Part shown: piece after piece, positions 50,589 to 56,743 of the stretch
Position numbering within the stretch: the stretch's first letter is position 1
Layout: the number at the start of each line of letters is the position of its first letter
Origin: an uncultured virus (IMG/VR IMGVR_UViG_3300043429_001189)
Lineage: Duplodnaviria > Heunggongvirae > Uroviricota > Caudoviricetes
DNA: 64,000 bases
Direction: 5' to 3' (one strand)
Virus record (IMG/VR): IMGVR_UViG_3300043429_001189
Location: 62,001 to 126,000 of that record
The notes under the pieces: model-generated
Told to the model about the DNA's origin: nothing
Databases searched by the model: none
What the model saw: only the letters and a program-made list of their open reading frames with translations
Position numbers and translations under genes: made by a program

Positions 50589-51646
50589 ATTGGTTTTCCG
50601 TTTATAAAGTTTTGCAACTGTCCGTAATCTTTTCTAATTTTTACTTTTTTTGCAATGCTTGAATTGTGTGTCCAAAGCCAAAAGTAATCTGAGCAAATAA
50701 TATTAGAGTTTAATGGTTTAATATTAATTGGGTACTTCCATAATACATAGTTAAAAGATATCTGATCTCTTTTGGAATATTTTAAAACTTGTTCCCACCA
50801 CATATTACATAAAAATCGAACTTCTTTAACGTTTTTTCGATAAATAATACCTGTTTGGACCATTCCCCAATTTTCAGGATATCCTTCATTCTTATATATT
50901 TCTGTTTGTTTAATTAAGATTTTTTCATCATCTTTTTTAAATTTAATACAAGCATCTCTTTCCTGGTAAACACAAATTCTGTCAGGGTGCGCAGAAACTG
51001 CAAAAATGTCTTGAGGAGTCAAAAATTTTTGCATAAATTGTTGCGGAGAATTAATAATTTCTACAGTACCATCAATCCATATAGAAGTTTCATATTCAGG
51101 TAAAAATAAATGAGGTAAAATTTTTAACGCTCTTGCTCTTTTTGTTTGATCCAAAAAATTTAAAATTTTAGGTATTTCTCTTATTTCCCATTTTTTATAT
51201 CTGCCTGGTCTAATAAGATTGGTAAAACAAATATAATCCCAAGAATCGTCATAATTGCCTATATCTTTAAGATTATCATAATCACCCGAAATACATGTGT
51301 ATATTACTTTTTTATTTTTGGTTTCAATAAATTCATTTGCTTCTATATTTTGATAAAAAAATTCGATTGATTCATTGGCTTTTTCAGGTCTATGTACAGT
51401 AATTGCTTCTACAGAAAATTCGTCAATTTTATATTGTAGTCCTGTTTTTCTACCTTGCTTAAGCCAATGTCTTAAAGCTAAAAATTCATTATTAATGTTT
51501 TTAGCTTTTAATTGCGAATTAATAAAAATATAATCTTGCCAGTCAAAATCTTCGGGTACATGCGGATGATTTCTTAATCGTTCAAGTTGCTTTGTTGTCG
51601 CGTCTTCGCGTAGCCTCTCAAATTTTTCATTTCTTGGGTCCTTCAC
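50585..51646 (-). CDS. DUF616 (TOD1/MUCI70-like) glycosyltransferase
   Basis: 'VIYTCISGDYD', 'KILPHLFLPEYETSIWIDG', 'RDQISFNY'. Confidence 0.85.
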   Translation of the reverse strand: MKDPRNEKFERLREDATTKQLERLRNHPHVPEDFDWQDYIFINSQLKAKNINNEFLALRHWLKQGRKTGLQYKIDEFSVEAITVHRPEKANESIEFFYQNIEANEFIETKNKKVIYTCISGDYDNLKDIGNYDDSWDYICFTNLIRPGRYKKWEIREIPKILNFLDQTKRARALKILPHLFLPEYETSIWIDGTVEIINSPQQFMQKFLTPQDIFAVSAHPDRICVYQERDACIKFKKDDEKILIKQTEIYKNEGYPENWGMVQTGIIYRKNVKEVRFLCNMWWEQVLKYSKRDQISFNYVLWKYPINIKPLNSNIICSDYFWLWTHNSSIAKKVKIRKDYGQLQNFINGKPI

Positions 51647-51674
51647 TTTATGCGTTTTTTATAGCATATATATC

Positions 51675-51709
51675 AAAAAAGGAAAGGTACACTTAAGTAC
51701 CTTTCCTAT
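51675..51709 (-). terminator. Intrinsic terminator after TROVE gene
   Basis: AGGAAAGGTAC...GTACCTTTCCT stem followed by a T-tract on minus. Confidence 0.85.
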
Positions 51710-51729
51710 ATTAATTAAAAAAACAACAA

Positions 51730-53355
51730 CTATTTATTTTCAATTTCATCCCACGCTTTTATAATTGCGTCAGCATATTGTGCCTCTTTACCTGTCCATC
51801 CTGTTAAAATTGCTCCGCGATATAATGTTTCAGGCAAAACAGAATTTGTATATCCGCCCACCTGAACAGAAAACACATTTACCTTTGGATTTACAGTTTT
51901 ACGATATTGTCGAATAACAGCAAGAACGTCGAGATATGATGAATAATTTGAAGATCTGTAAGTAAACTCTTTAGGTAATTCATCATGCCCAAACAATTCG
52001 CCTCGGCCAGCCTGCATATCTGAATAAATAAAAACTGTGTCATAATGAATTTTTTCGTTTAGTGCAGCATTCCAAAATAACCAAAGACCATTTTCGGTGT
52101 TAGATCCTGTTCTTTTACCTTTCTCTGTAATGTCTGTAAGTTGACTTAATATTCCGTTTCTTTTGGAAATAGGTGTCATTGTTAATCTGTCGCCAAAAAC
52201 TCCAACCTCTCCATTGTCAGCTTGTTTTGCAGTTATAACTGAAGACAAATTAGCAATATCAGCAATAGTAATTTTCCCATATTCCGAATTAAATGTGCCC
52301 CAGGCAGAACCAGAATTGTCTGATAAGCATGCAACCTTGCCTTTTAATTTAGGCATATTTGCAACTGAAATATCAATACACTCTTCAAGAGCATCAAGAA
52401 TTTGCTGCTTATAAGGAATGTCAGTGCTTTTAATAATGTTAAAAGCAGTATAATACCTAAATGGGAATTGCTTTCCTTGTAAAACTCCTGCTTTTAATTG
52501 CTCAAGAATTTGTGTTGCTTGATCTTGTGATAATTCAGATTTTGAAAAAATTCCGCGCAAATTCCTCAACAAGGCCATATGAGGAACTTTAATTGTATTC
52601 AAAATTTCCACCCATGTCTTGCCACTTGATTTTAACATTTCCCAAGTTTGCTCAGTTTCTTTTATCGCAACGGTACCTGTACGCATCAATTCATTGATAG
52701 TTTCATTGTTTGCGTGAGATAACCTTACCAAGTCAATTAGCCTTTTTCCTTTATACTTATTAATTTGATATCTAGACATTGATTCTAAAGAATCAGCCCA
52801 AGACCTCTTAAGAATTGAAGGTAAACCTTTTTTAGACCCGTTTAAATACATATAATATTCAAATTGGTTAGTTATGTCGTCAGGACGCGGTGTAATTTCT
52901 TTAGCAAAAGCGCGCATATAACCTGGATTTTTGGCATTAAATTCCACCCGATTTTTGTGACGAATTGCTCTAACATAAATAACCGCGGGATTCAAGCGCA
53001 TTAAGTATTCATTACGTAATTCCTTGGCAAACTCCAAGGTTCCTAAATAATCATAATCCAATGCGTTGTCAATTACTCGCTCAAACACTTGCCCAGCATC
53101 TTCATTTGGGGATATCAAGTCAGCAAAAATAAAATCCGCAGATAATTTCGAAGGATATTCAACCTTGATACCTTTTCTATAGTACTGCGGTTCGCCAAAA
53201 ATTGAGCTCGTTGCAACCATTTTGAGTGTTTGCAAAGGGTTAACTTTAAATGAAGTACCGCCCATAAAGTTTTGTTCAGCTTGCGCTTCATACATAGAGA
53301 TTTCTGCTTTTCTTTGAACGACTTCCTTGGATGCTGATGAGCTTAATCTTGACAT
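51730..53355 (-). CDS. TROVE-domain / Ro60-like (Rsr) RNA-binding protein with C-terminal vWA domain
   Basis: 'PHMALLRNLR', 'QFPFRYYTA', MIDAS-like 'LSDNSGS', 'YSDMQ'. Confidence 0.9.
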   Translation of the reverse strand: MSRLSSSASKEVVQRKAEISMYEAQAEQNFMGGTSFKVNPLQTLKMVATSSIFGEPQYYRKGIKVEYPSKLSADFIFADLISPNEDAGQVFERVIDNALDYDYLGTLEFAKELRNEYLMRLNPAVIYVRAIRHKNRVEFNAKNPGYMRAFAKEITPRPDDITNQFEYYMYLNGSKKGLPSILKRSWADSLESMSRYQINKYKGKRLIDLVRLSHANNETINELMRTGTVAIKETEQTWEMLKSSGKTWVEILNTIKVPHMALLRNLRGIFSKSELSQDQATQILEQLKAGVLQGKQFPFRYYTAFNIIKSTDIPYKQQILDALEECIDISVANMPKLKGKVACLSDNSGSAWGTFNSEYGKITIADIANLSSVITAKQADNGEVGVFGDRLTMTPISKRNGILSQLTDITEKGKRTGSNTENGLWLFWNAALNEKIHYDTVFIYSDMQAGRGELFGHDELPKEFTYRSSNYSSYLDVLAVIRQYRKTVNPKVNVFSVQVGGYTNSVLPETLYRGAILTGWTGKEAQYADAIIKAWDEIENK

Positions 53356-53381
53356 AATAAAAATTGGTTTAATAAGTTAAA

Positions 53382-53463
53382 AAATCGAGAATATCAAAAA
53401 GAGTTTTTAATAAAGTATCATTTACAAATTGATTTTGAAGTAACTCTTTTTCCGCTTCGATTT
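53382..53463 (-). ncRNA. Y-RNA candidate, copy A
   Basis: Terminal stem AAAUCGA/UCGAUUU, inner stem AAAAAGAGUU/AACUCUUUUU, conserved GAAGCGG..GUUACUUCAA..UUCUC; immediately upstream of TROVE. Confidence 0.7.
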
Positions 53464-53464
53464 G

Positions 53465-53537
53465 AGCAACAAGCGAGACTCGAACTCGCAACATTTAGTT
53501 TGGAAAACTAACACTCTACCAATTGAGCTATTGTTGC
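53465..53537 (-). tRNA. tRNA-Gly(UCC)
   Basis: Full cloverleaf GCAACAA/TTGTTGC, loop TT-TCC-AA, T-loop TTCGAGT; no encoded CCA. Confidence 0.92.
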
Positions 53538-53542
53538 TTATT

Positions 53543-53627
53543 TTTTCTTGAGAAAATTATTAAAGGTGTTGGTGTGTGAAAATTCTAAAACAATTTTGAA
53601 GTAACCTTTAATACCGCTTCAAGAAAA
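53543..53627 (-). ncRNA. Y-RNA candidate, copy B
   Basis: Stems UUUUCUUGA/UCAAGAAAA and UAUUAAAGGU/ACCUUUAAUA with the same conserved motifs. Confidence 0.7.
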
Positions 53628-53631
53628 TATT

Positions 53632-53682
53632 TTTTTTAAAGAACGTTTGTAGATATAATATACAAGTAATGATAAATAGTTT
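53632..53682 (-). promoter_or_regulatory. Promoter (AAAC-N15-GTATATTA) plus boxA-like GTTCTTTAAAA; duplicate of 56442-56492
   Basis: 33-nt exact identity 53632-53664 = 56442-56474. Confidence 0.7.
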
Positions 53683-53708
53683 TTGTGATTTGATATTTTT
53701 TTTTAAAT

Positions 53709-54455
53709 TTAATCAAACGGCAAAGAAACTCCTCTTTTTCCAACAACGGCACAAGATAAAAAGTTTGCAAAACTTATTGAAGCGTTCAAATCCTTTGTTT
53801 CTAAATAAGTAATACCAAAAGCCGCAACAAAAGTATCTCCTGCACCACTTACATCAATGGTTTCTTTTGGATTTTTAAGAGCGAATGTTTTGTTGTTTAT
53901 CATCGCTCCTCTTGCGCCCAGTGTAACAATAATATTACTTTTATCAGAAATATGCAAATTGTTTGACATTTCGCTTTCGTTTAACTTAATAAATGTAAAT
54001 TCTTTAACAATTTCATCAGTTAAAATTTTCTTGGAATCCAACAAAGTTAATTTGCCATTTTTTGCTATTTTTAATAAATCATCATGCCCTAAAAAACCTT
54101 TGTTATAATCACTTACAATTACTAAATCCGCTTCTTTAATCTCTTTTATATTTTCTTCTGTGATGTTAATTTTTCCAACTGGTTGCAATTCTCCGTCATC
54201 AATTCTAACAATCATTTGGTTTGACTTTTCATCAACAATCCTTGTTTTTTTAATCAATTCTTTCTGATGCCAAAATGTTATACTTGTCTCGGGATTTATT
54301 GATTTAATGTTTTCTACAACATTTCCTGCCATTCCAGGGTTTTGTGTAGTTTTAATTGGATTAAAAACTGGAACAGGCGCTTCAGGACACAGCCTAACAG
54401 TTTTTCCATAAATAAATTCATCAGTACAAAGTTCACCTATAACTATTACTTTCAT
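53709..54455 (-). CDS. PfkB-family kinase, HldE/RfaE kinase domain-like
   Basis: 'RLCPEAPVPV', 'SDYNKG', 'DVSGAGDTF'. Confidence 0.85.
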   Translation of the reverse strand: MKVIVIGELCTDEFIYGKTVRLCPEAPVPVFNPIKTTQNPGMAGNVVENIKSINPETSITFWHQKELIKKTRIVDEKSNQMIVRIDDGELQPVGKINITEENIKEIKEADLVIVSDYNKGFLGHDDLLKIAKNGKLTLLDSKKILTDEIVKEFTFIKLNESEMSNNLHISDKSNIIVTLGARGAMINNKTFALKNPKETIDVSGAGDTFVAAFGITYLETKDLNASISFANFLSCAVVGKRGVSLPFD

Positions 54456-54921
54456 AATTTAAAATTTTTGTTGTTGAATATTTTTCAATTCTTGGAAAAA
54501 AAATTAGTTCTTTAGCATATTCACTTCCTATAACTCCATTTTTGCGATACTCTTCTCCTACTATTAAATAATCAGGGTTTAATCTTTTAATTGCATTTTT
54601 AAGTTCTTCTGAGTCATCAAAAACAATAATGTTTGATACATAAACTATCGAGCTTAACATCTCAATTCTATCTTTTAAAGAATTATACGGTCGCAATTCG
54701 CCTTTTAACTCTTTAATTCTACGATCTGTGTCAATTCCTACTGTTACTTCCCCGTATGAATAAGCATATTTAAGTAAACGAATATGACCGTTGTGTAACA
54801 CATCAAAAGTACCGTTAACCCAAACCTTTTTATTTAATTTACTATAATGATTTGGCGCAGGAAGACTGGAATAAAAATCCCAGTCTTCATCATCAAGAAA
54901 TTTAGTGGTTTCTTTATTCAT
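54433..54921 (-). CDS. Cytidylyl/adenylyltransferase, HldE/RfaE domain II-like
   Basis: 'NGTFDVLHNGH', 'KGELRP', 'STTKI'. Confidence 0.85.
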   Translation of the reverse strand: MNKETTKFLDDEDWDFYSSLPAPNHYSKLNKKVWVNGTFDVLHNGHIRLLKYAYSYGEVTVGIDTDRRIKELKGELRPYNSLKDRIEMLSSIVYVSNIIVFDDSEELKNAIKRLNPDYLIVGEEYRKNGVIGSEYAKELIFFPRIEKYSTTKILNYESNSYR

Positions 54922-54926
54922 GTGTA

Positions 54927-55313
54927 CTACTTTTGCGAATCGCCAGCCCAAACTCGGTAACTGTCTTCATCAAAGTGTTGTGTTGATACTTCAAAAACAA
55001 TGCCATCTGTAAGAGCTTCAAGTTGATGCGGTTGTCCTGGATATTGTCGAACAGAGTCTCCTTCTCTTAATGTTATTTCATTGACTTTTGCGGTTTGCGT
55101 ATCTATCCAACGATAAATAAATTCGCCTTCTTTAACATACCAAGTTTCATCTTTAAGCATGTGATAATGCATTGAAAATTTTGCGCCTGCTTTAAAACAC
55201 AAAAGTTTTCCGCAATAAAATTCATTATTTTCAAATACAATCTCATGTCCCCATCCTTTAGGAACATTGCATTCTTTGCACTCCTTTGCATTGAATATGT
55301 TTGGTTTTTTCAT
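54927..55313 (-). CDS. Cupin-fold sugar isomerase-like protein
   Basis: 'KGWGHE..YCGKLL..SMHYH..KDETW..FEVST.HFDEDSYR'. Confidence 0.75.
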   Translation of the reverse strand: MKKPNIFNAKECKECNVPKGWGHEIVFENNEFYCGKLLCFKAGAKFSMHYHMLKDETWYVKEGEFIYRWIDTQTAKVNEITLREGDSVRQYPGQPHQLEALTDGIVFEVSTQHFDEDSYRVWAGDSQK

Positions 55314-55342
55314 AAAAATATATTTGATTTATATATTCAGAG

Positions 55343-55413
55343 CAGAAGCATTAGGATTCGAACCTAAAATAACGCTTTTGGAGAGCGCCATGATACCTTT
55401 TCACCATACTCCT
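55343..55413 (-). tRNA. tRNA-Trp(CCA)
   Basis: Cloverleaf AGGAGTA/TGCTTCT, loop CT-CCA-AA, T-loop TTCGAAT. Confidence 0.9.
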
Positions 55414-55417
55414 GTAT

Positions 55418-55591
55418 TTATTCACAGTATTTATTTTTTCTGCACTTGTATTTATTCTCTTCTTTCTTTTTATCTTTAAATACTTTAGGGGCAAACCTTC
55501 CATCATAGAATCCTTGTTCCTGGGCATTTTTTCTTTGTTTACCCATTTCAATTTTCCTAAGTTGTTCTGAAGTTATCACAAATTTTTTCAT
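55418..55591 (-). CDS. Small basic protein (57 aa), not in ORF track
   Basis: MKKFVITSEQLRKIEMGKQRKNAQEQGFYDGRFAPKVFKDKKKEENKYKCRKNKYCE; fills the gap between tRNA-Gln and tRNA-Trp. Confidence 0.7.
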   Translation of the reverse strand: MKKFVITSEQLRKIEMGKQRKNAQEQGFYDGRFAPKVFKDKKKEENKYKCRKNKYCE

Positions 55592-55613
55592 ATTAAAATT
55601 TTTAAATTGTGAG

Positions 55614-55684
55614 TTATCTGATCTGGGCTCGAACCAGAAATTTAGGACTCAAAAACCTACGTGATACCATTTCACTATCAGACA
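55614..55684 (-). tRNA. tRNA-Gln(UUG)
   Basis: TGTCTGA/TCAGATA acceptor, loop TT-TTG-AG, T-loop TTCGAGC. Confidence 0.88.
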
Positions 55685-55689
55685 ATATG

Positions 55690-55763
55690 TAGGCCTGGCA
55701 GGGTACGATCCTGCAACCCCTGAATTAAAAGTTCAGTGCTCTATCCATTTGAGCTACAAGCCT
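55690..55763 (-). tRNA. tRNA-Lys(UUU)
   Basis: AGGCTTG/CAGGCCT acceptor, loop CT-TTT-AA; atypical T-loop ATCGTAC. Confidence 0.88.
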
Positions 55764-55770
55764 ATATTTG

Positions 55771-55842
55771 AGCCTTCTGTCGGACTCGAACCAACATCTT
55801 CTAAATTACAAATTTAAAGCTTTACCATTAAGCTAAGAAGGC
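55771..55842 (-). tRNA. tRNA-Thr(UGU)
   Basis: GCCTTCT/AGAAGGC acceptor, loop TT-TGT-AA. Confidence 0.9.
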
Positions 55843-55850
55843 AATTTGTG

Positions 55851-55926
55851 TCCGAGAAGAAGGGTTCGAACCTTCATGATGTCTGGTTCCCAAAACCAGA
55901 GGCTTAGCCAATTAGCCCATTCTCGG
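55851..55926 (-). tRNA. tRNA-Pro(UGG)
   Basis: CCGAGAA/TTCTCGG acceptor, loop TT-TGG-GA. Confidence 0.9.
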
Positions 55927-55936
55927 AAATTTGATT

Positions 55937-55978
55937 AAAAACAAAAAGGTCCAGATAATTTAATTACCTGGACCTTTT
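55937..55978 (-). terminator. Intrinsic terminator of the putative attenuator, upstream of the tRNA array
   Basis: AAGGUCCAGGUAAU-UAA-AUUAUCUGGACCUU stem followed by UUUGUUUUU, ending about 10 nt before tRNA-Pro. Confidence 0.85.
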
Positions 55979-56000
55979 AAGAATAATAATTACTATTATA

Positions 56001-56120
56001 CTAAGGTCCAGTATCTGGCCACGTAGACGGTTGTTGAACACAACCAATAACACCAACCGGTGTAGCAACTGTTTTGCTTGTTGCTTTTGAAATTTTAGCT
56101 GATGTGATTTGTTGTTTCAT
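56001..56120 (-). CDS. Putative attenuator leader peptide (39 aa), not in ORF track
   Basis: MKQQITSAKISKATSKTVATPVGVIGCVQQPSTWPDTGP*; A-rich start context; its 3' end contains the antiterminator arm CUGGACCUU. Confidence 0.7.
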   Translation of the reverse strand: MKQQITSAKISKATSKTVATPVGVIGCVQQPSTWPDTGP

Positions 56121-56139
56121 ATTTTTAATTTTAATTTAG

Positions 56140-56211
56140 TGGCGGGGCCGGGAATCGAACCCGAACCTCCAGGTTATGAGCCTGGCGAACTACCGTTATT
56201 ACCACCCCGCA
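56140..56211 (-). tRNA. tRNA-Met(CAU), probably initiator
   Basis: 1:72 mismatch (U/C) above GCGGGG/CCCCGC; loop CT-CAT-AA; weak D-stem. Confidence 0.85.
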
Positions 56212-56220
56212 ATGTTTTAG

Positions 56221-56295
56221 AGATCATAGAAAGAATCGAACTTTCGCTTACCGGCGCGGACGCCCTTTCCGGCTTTCTACCAACAGAATATGGTC
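56221..56295 (-). ncRNA. tRNA-like RNA with non-canonical anticodon arm
   Basis: Acceptor GACCATA/TATGATC, D-arm TTCT-GTTGGT-AGAA, T-arm GAAAG-TTCGATT-CTTTC; GCCGG/CCGGT stem encloses 14 nt instead of 7. Confidence 0.7.
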
Positions 56296-56317
56296 AATTT
56301 TTACTATTATATATTTT

Positions 56318-56441
56318 TTCTTTTCTTGAGAATTTTAACCAAAGGCGTTAAGAAAGGGGGAAAGCAAATTTCAGTGTTAAAACCTATATTGCTTAGTAGA
56401 GCTATATTGAAGTAACCATCGGTACCGCTTCAAGAAAAGAA
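56318..56441 (-). ncRNA. Y-RNA candidate, copy C (longer loop)
   Basis: Stems UUCUUUUCUUGA/UCAAGAAAAGAA and ACCGAUGGU/GCCUUUGGU with the same conserved motifs. Confidence 0.7.
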
Positions 56442-56492
56442 TTTTTTAAAGAACGTTTGTAGATATAATATACACAAGATAATAAATAGTTT
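56442..56492 (-). promoter_or_regulatory. Promoter (AAAC-N15-GTATATTA) plus boxA-like element driving the RNA operon
   Basis: Duplicate of 53632-53682. Confidence 0.7.
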
Positions 56493-56510
56493 TCAGAAAA
56501 TAAAAAATAT

Positions 56511-56726
56511 TTATTTATTTTTTGTGCTTTCTGCTATGATATAAAAAATGTATTTAATCATAACAAAAATATACGGCATGCAAGCTGCAATTCCCAATTT
56601 TAGATGCCATATTTGGTACCCAAACATATAAGAAAAACCGGCCAAAACTCCTAAAAAGAGTGGGAGAAATATTACATAAATAATAAAATATGCCTCCCAC
56701 TGTAATCTATCAAAGAATAATTTCAT
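56511..56726 (-). CDS. Small membrane protein
   Basis: Two hydrophobic segments. Confidence 0.6.
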   Translation of the reverse strand: MKLFFDRLQWEAYFIIYVIFLPLFLGVLAGFSYMFGYQIWHLKLGIAACMPYIFVMIKYIFYIIAESTKNK

Positions 56727-56743
56727 ATATTTTTATATTTTTA

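Noticed and set aside
55351..55551. ORF-track 66-aa ORF
   Set aside because: It overlaps tRNA-Trp and has a non-ATG start; the 55418-55591 ORF in another frame fits the gap cleanly.
56001..56120. Leader ORF as a RiPP precursor
   Set aside because: No adjacent maturation enzymes; the overlap with terminator-complementary sequence better explains it as regulatory.
56221..56295. tRNA-like RNA as tmRNA or intron-containing tRNA
   Set aside because: No G3-U70 alanine acceptor or tag ORF; the extra 7 nt is far too short for a self-splicing intron.
56109..56351. ORF-track plus-strand 80-aa ORF
   Set aside because: It is the antisense of tRNA-Met and the tRNA-like RNA.
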